Positions 16,038 to 20,063 of a stretch of DNA of 20,063 nucleotides are shown here, piece by piece; the stretch's first letter is position 1; each line of letters opens with the position of its first letter. A model generated the notes under the pieces. The model saw nothing but the letters and a program-made list of their open reading frames with translations. It had not been told where the DNA came from and searched no databases. Origin of the DNA: Gemmatimonadota bacterium. Lineage in GTDB: Bacteria > Latescibacterota > UBA2968 > UBA8231. Location: assembly GCA_038128265.1 (NCBI GenBank), contig JAYPJE010000067.1, positions 1-20,063 of the forward strand, in the 5' to 3' direction. The position numbers and the translations under genes are program-made.

Positions 16038-18563
16038 TTATTCTTCCATACCGGCATCCGTTAGCGCTTCTAATAGCGGCGGCACGCCGAAGTACACTAG
16101 GCTCAGTGCCGTGGGGTTCATGGCGACGGCGCCGTGCCGACTGGGGTGTTCGCTCCAGTCCTGTGCCGCGCGCAAATGCCGCAAGACGGCGCGTCCGACT
16201 TCCAGATAGCGCTGTTCCCCCGTCAGGCGATAGGCCCGGGCCAGGCTACCGCAGAGAATGCCGTGGTAGTGCTGGCCCAGCGCAAACTCCGCGCTGAATG
16301 CGCCTGGTCCACCGCAAAACCAATCTACGGCACGCAGGTAGGTCTGCCTCACGTCATCTCGGTCCGTCAGCCGATGCATCAGCTCGAGCCCAATAAGCAG
16401 GTAATGCGTCTGGTAGCCCTTCTGTTCCGCATAAGGCAGCACTTTTTTTAGCGCGGTGAAGGTGCCGCCTAGCGCGCTGAACTCGTCGTCGCTAAAGGGG
16501 AGCGCCGTCCCCATTTCCACTGCCAGCGTCGACCCCTCGGTGGCCATGCCGTAGGGGGCCTGGTCGGGCAGTTTGTCTTCAGTCGATATCTGGAAGCGCT
16601 TGTGCCAGCTGCCGTCGGCGTTTTGCCCGCGTGCGATGACGTCGTAGACCGCTTCGGCGCGCTGCATAAAGCGCTCCTGGCCCGTTACCTCATAGGCATA
16701 GAGCAGGCCGCGCAGCACGTTGGCGATGGAGCGGAGGCTGAAGCTGTAGCGGGGATCGTCCGTCCAGCGATAGTTGAGAAAAAAAACGCCGGCCTCTTCG
16801 ATGACGTCGCGTGTGCGGCCGTCGCCGGTTAGGTAGTAAAAGTCGGTCCAGTTGTCGACGAATGTGTGCGAGGCACACGGTTCATCGCCGAAGTGATCCA
16901 TGCTGTGACGATAGCAGCCGCCGACCCAGTAGGGGCGCAGCGGCTGGTAGTGGCAGGTATCGACGTCGAGTGAATGGCGCGTCATGGCTTCGGCTAAGTT
17001 GAAGAAGGAACGCTCACCAGTGCGCAGAAAGTGAAGCCAGACGGCGTGGCGCGGATCCCATTCGCTATTGCACCAGCCCCAGCGGCCCTTGAAGCGCCAT
17101 GCATCGGCCTCTTCTTCCCAGGTGGCCAGCACGTCACCCCAGTCCAAGTAGCCATACCAGCGCTCCTGTTTGATTTGCCGCTGCATCCACTCGACAAAGC
17201 CGCCGAGCATGCGTTCGCTCTCCGCGTGCGCACTGTGCTGGCCGTTTCCCAGCAGGGGTGCGCCCCCGGCACTTTTTGCGTCCAGTGCGACGCACGGCCA
17301 GCCCAGCGTTGCGTGCAGCGTGTGTTCGACGGTTGCGCTATCGTCGCCAAAGCAGAGAAAGAACTCACTGCTTTTAGCGCTGCCTAAGCCATCGCTGTAG
17401 ACGCCTTCTCCCTCGTGCCAGGCCACGTTTTCGGAGTAGCGTTGGTAGCCAAGAGCCTTGCCGCCTTCGCCGTGCCAGAGAAAGATATCGATGCCGTCTG
17501 CACTGGCGCCCAGCGCTTTGGGGTACTCTTCGGCCATATAGCGCAGCGCCACGCCGGCCGCCCGATCGCCGTCGTCGCGCAGGATCCAGCCGCCGCAGCG
17601 CTCGGCCTCGGCGCGCTTTTCGCGCCGGCCGCCGCTACAGTGCACAAGCTGAGCATAGTCGTCGCGTTCCTGCGCTAGTAGCACGTATTCGCCCGCTTCC
17701 AAGTGCTGTTCGCTGCGCCGCACGGCGTCGACTGCGCAGCGCGGTGCGGTAGCAGCGGTCGCCAGCGGTAGGTGCAGGCCGAGCTCGCGCACGCTCACCT
17801 CGCGCGCCGCCCCGGTAAACACGACCGTGTGCACCACGCGCAGAAAGGCGTGTCCAGCATAGGCGTAGATGCGCATCGTCCAGCGCAGCGGCCGATAGCC
17901 GGCATAGTGGTGCATGGGCACGTCCGCTTCGTAGGCACCGCTGCAGCGAATAACGGTGCGCAGTGGTCCAGCTTCTTCTACGCAGGCACTGTACTCGTCT
18001 GCCGCCAGCGAAGCACGACAGGTGCCGCCCATGCCGTAGAGCTGCCTCTGCGTGCTGCCGTCGTGTGCCGATTCATCAATGACGGCCCACGCATCGCCCC
18101 CTCCTCGCCTGAGCAGCGGCCGTTCGGAGACAAAGTGACCTTGGGCGTCGCACCGGCCGCTTTCGGCGTGGTCTATAAGGGTGAAGCGCGTTTTGCTTAT
18201 GTCAAAGCGCAGGGGACCGGTGCACACGACAATGTGGTCGTCACCATCTGTGATAGCGATGGGCGTTTGCGCGGCCACACTTTGGCTATCAACGTTCCAG
18301 CCTAGCGTGAACGTTCTAGACTGCTGCGGCGATAAGTCGGCTTGGAAGTCGGTGAGAATCCATTTGATGCTGCCATCGCCCCAGCGCGATAGCACGCGGA
18401 ACTGGGCCGGTTGCGCTAGGGCTGATTCGTCCCATAGGTGCAGCGAGTCGATTTCGCGCACGCTGCCCTCGGGCAGCGCCACGCCGCGCGTTAGCGGCCA
18501 AGCATGGCGCGCCCGTCCGTCTTCTTCTCGCACGTGCAGTGCAATGTATTCGCTCTGTTCCAC
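16038..18563 (-). CDS. YetA/PcRGLX-like (exo-rhamnogalacturonan lyase family-like) protein
   Basis: N-terminal WPLTRGVALPEG...QFRVLSRWGDGSIKW, a central EEAGPLRTVI beta region, and a C-terminal helical barrel with WYGYLDWGD, WCNSEWD, AEAMTRHSLDVD and SHTF. GTG start at 18563 with an AAGGAG SD. Confidence 0.75.
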   Translation of the reverse strand: MEQSEYIALHVREEDGRARHAWPLTRGVALPEGSVREIDSLHLWDESALAQPAQFRVLSRWGDGSIKWILTDFQADLSPQQSRTFTLGWNVDSQSVAAQTPIAITDGDDHIVVCTGPLRFDISKTRFTLIDHAESGRCDAQGHFVSERPLLRRGGGDAWAVIDESAHDGSTQRQLYGMGGTCRASLAADEYSACVEEAGPLRTVIRCSGAYEADVPMHHYAGYRPLRWTMRIYAYAGHAFLRVVHTVVFTGAAREVSVRELGLHLPLATAATAPRCAVDAVRRSEQHLEAGEYVLLAQERDDYAQLVHCSGGRREKRAEAERCGGWILRDDGDRAAGVALRYMAEEYPKALGASADGIDIFLWHGEGGKALGYQRYSENVAWHEGEGVYSDGLGSAKSSEFFLCFGDDSATVEHTLHATLGWPCVALDAKSAGGAPLLGNGQHSAHAESERMLGGFVEWMQRQIKQERWYGYLDWGDVLATWEEEADAWRFKGRWGWCNSEWDPRHAVWLHFLRTGERSFFNLAEAMTRHSLDVDTCHYQPLRPYWVGGCYRHSMDHFGDEPCASHTFVDNWTDFYYLTGDGRTRDVIEEAGVFFLNYRWTDDPRYSFSLRSIANVLRGLLYAYEVTGQERFMQRAEAVYDVIARGQNADGSWHKRFQISTEDKLPDQAPYGMATEGSTLAVEMGTALPFSDDEFSALGGTFTALKKVLPYAEQKGYQTHYLLIGLELMHRLTDRDDVRQTYLRAVDWFCGGPGAFSAEFALGQHYHGILCGSLARAYRLTGEQRYLEVGRAVLRHLRAAQDWSEHPSRHGAVAMNPTALSLVYFGVPPLLEALTDAGMEE

Positions 18564-18639
18564 GCCAGGGGTTCTCCTTTCCACTGTGCACGCGGCGTGC
18601 GGGAGCCATTTGCTCGACCTATTGAAGCCGCGTATGTTT

Positions 18640-18659
18640 TCGCTCTCGAAAGAGAGTGA
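18640..18659. promoter_or_regulatory. Inverted repeat / GAAA-tetraloop hairpin in the divergent intergenic region
   Basis: TCGCTCTC-GAAA-GAGAGTGA forms an 8-bp stem with one G.U pair and has no U-tract. Confidence 0.4.
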
Positions 18660-18690
18660 CCATAGCAAGTTAGTAAGAGAGGAGCGTTTC

Positions 18691-20063
18691 GTGAAACTCG
18701 ACCGCCGCCTGACGGCAAAAAAACTCCAACCAGCGATCGCGCGTTTTCTCGACCTCACAGCGCGCAAAATTTACGATCTCGACAAGAAGTGGGACCCGAC
18801 CAAGGGCACGCCTGTTTTTACGTGGAAGGGCCGCTATACGACGCGCGGCTGGACGGAATGGACACAGGGTTTTCAGTACGGCTGTGCCATTCTGCAGTAC
18901 GATATGACGGGAGACAAGCGCTTTTTGGACATTGGGCGCAGCAAAACGGTATCGCATATGGCGCCGCACGTGTCGCATATCGGCGTGCACGACCACGGTT
19001 TTAACAACCTGTCTACGTATGGAAACCTGCGCCGCCTAATGCTCGAAGGCGTGCTGCCGCACGACCAGCGCGAACTCGATTTTTACGAATTGGCAATTAA
19101 GCTGTCCGGCGCCGTGCAGGCGGCGCGCTGGACCGAGACGGCCTATGGACACGGCTTTATTCACTCGTTTAACGGGCCGCATTCGCTCTTCTCTGACACC
19201 ATGCGTTCGCTGCGCATTCTCGGTCTGGCCCACGAACTAGGTCACGTGCTGATGGGCGAGGGCGATAAGGCCATTAGCTTGCTGGGTCGTTTGGTGGAGC
19301 ACGCCACGAGCAACGCCCAGTACAACGTCTATTACGGCGAAGGGCGCGATAGCTACGACGTGCCCGGTCGCGTCGTGCACGAATCGGTTTTCAATACGAA
19401 AGACGGCCAGTACCGCTGTCCGAGCACCCAGCAGGGCTACGCGCCCTTTTCGACGTGGACGCGCGGCCTGGCCTGGGTGCTGCTGGGCTACGCCGAGCAG
19501 CTGGAATACGTCGATGCGCTGTCGGCACGCGCGCTGAAGCCGTTTGGCGGCAAGGCGGCGCTGGTCAAGATGATGGAAAGGGCGGCGCTGGCCACGGCCG
19601 AGTTCCACATCGAGAACTCGTTTGCCGACGGCGTGCCCTTTTGGGATACGGGTGCACCGGGTGTGGCCTCTTTCGGCAAGATAAGCAACAAGGTATCCGA
19701 CCCCTACAACGACGTCGAACCGCTGGACAGCTCGGCGGCAGCCATCTGCGGTCAGGGCTATTTGCGCTTGGGTAACTACTACGCGGGCAAGGGCGATGCT
19801 TCCAAGGCGAGTCGCTATCGCACGGCGGCACTTACAATCGCTGCCACGCTTATGGAAGAGCCCTATATGTCGACCGATCCGCGCCATCAGGGCATTACGC
19901 TGCACGCCATATACCACCGTCCCAACGGCTGGGACTACGTGCCGCCCAAGCGCACGATTCCCTGCGGCGAATCGGCCATGTGGGGCGATTATCACACCAT
20001 GGAACTGGTCAACTTGGTTAAACGCGAGGCCGAGGGCAAAGCGTATCCGGTCTTTTTCAAGTA
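18691..20063 (+). CDS. Glycoside hydrolase family 88-like (unsaturated glucuronyl hydrolase-like) protein, reaching the window edge
   Basis: Hand translation from GTG 18691 (SD GAGGAG) gives MKLDRRLTAKK...WTEWTQGF...VHDHGF...SDTMRSL...TWTRGLAW...DSSAAAI...WGDYHTMEL...YPVFFK with no internal stop seen. The window ends in 'TA', which may be the start of the stop codon. Confidence 0.88.
   Translation, partial: MKLDRRLTAKKLQPAIARFLDLTARKIYDLDKKWDPTKGTPVFTWKGRYTTRGWTEWTQGFQYGCAILQYDMTGDKRFLDIGRSKTVSHMAPHVSHIGVHDHGFNNLSTYGNLRRLMLEGVLPHDQRELDFYELAIKLSGAVQAARWTETAYGHGFIHSFNGPHSLFSDTMRSLRILGLAHELGHVLMGEGDKAISLLGRLVEHATSNAQYNVYYGEGRDSYDVPGRVVHESVFNTKDGQYRCPSTQQGYAPFSTWTRGLAWVLLGYAEQLEYVDALSARALKPFGGKAALVKMMERAALATAEFHIENSFADGVPFWDTGAPGVASFGKISNKVSDPYNDVEPLDSSAAAICGQGYLRLGNYYAGKGDASKASRYRTAALTIAATLMEEPYMSTDPRHQGITLHAIYHRPNGWDYVPPKRTIPCGESAMWGDYHTMELVNLVKREAEGKAYPVFFK

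Noticed and set aside
16779..16786. A8 homopolymer (also A7 at 18717-18723 and AAAAAGGGGGG near 14700) as phase-variation or frameshift sites
   Set aside because: All three reading frames are intact through these runs, and no alternative-frame product is apparent.
1..20063. CRISPR arrays, tRNA/rRNA, IS elements, prophage or defence genes
   Set aside because: No spaced direct repeats, RNA-gene-sized gaps, terminal inverted repeats or recombinase/nuclease motifs were seen by eye. The intergenic gaps are all under about 160 nt.

Overview
GC-rich bacterial chromosomal segment, about 60% GC by eye, densely packed with 16 genes. No rRNA, tRNA, CRISPR array, integrase or transposase was seen. From left to right it carries: the 3' end of a membrane glycosyltransferase-like/TPR gene; an MthK-like K+ channel and a Kef/CPA2 antiporter (minus); a NUDT6-like Nudix hydrolase and a sulfatase; a D-2-hydroxyacid dehydrogenase and a divergent Ldh_2-family oxidoreductase (minus); a long plus-strand run (COG3964-type amidohydrolase, alpha/beta-hydrolase-domain protein, class I DAHP synthase, DUF4434 glycosidase-like protein, small PUA/ASCH-like protein, PhyH dioxygenase, RfnT-like MFS transporter); and a divergent pair of a YetA/PcRGLX-like lyase-family protein and a GH88-like hydrolase. 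The GH88-like gene is absent from the supplied ORF track. The gene mix suggests a heterotroph that degrades sulfated or uronate carbohydrates, but taxonomy cannot be fixed from this window. The best leads are an internal SD+ATG in the K+ channel at the MthK M107-equivalent position, a truncated gene relic ending at a palindrome after the sulfatase, an Ldh_2 protein lacking part of its usual cofactor-binding region, an orphan PUA/ASCH-like protein, and a cytoplasmic lyase/GH88 pair. Family calls come from remembered motifs, not database searches.
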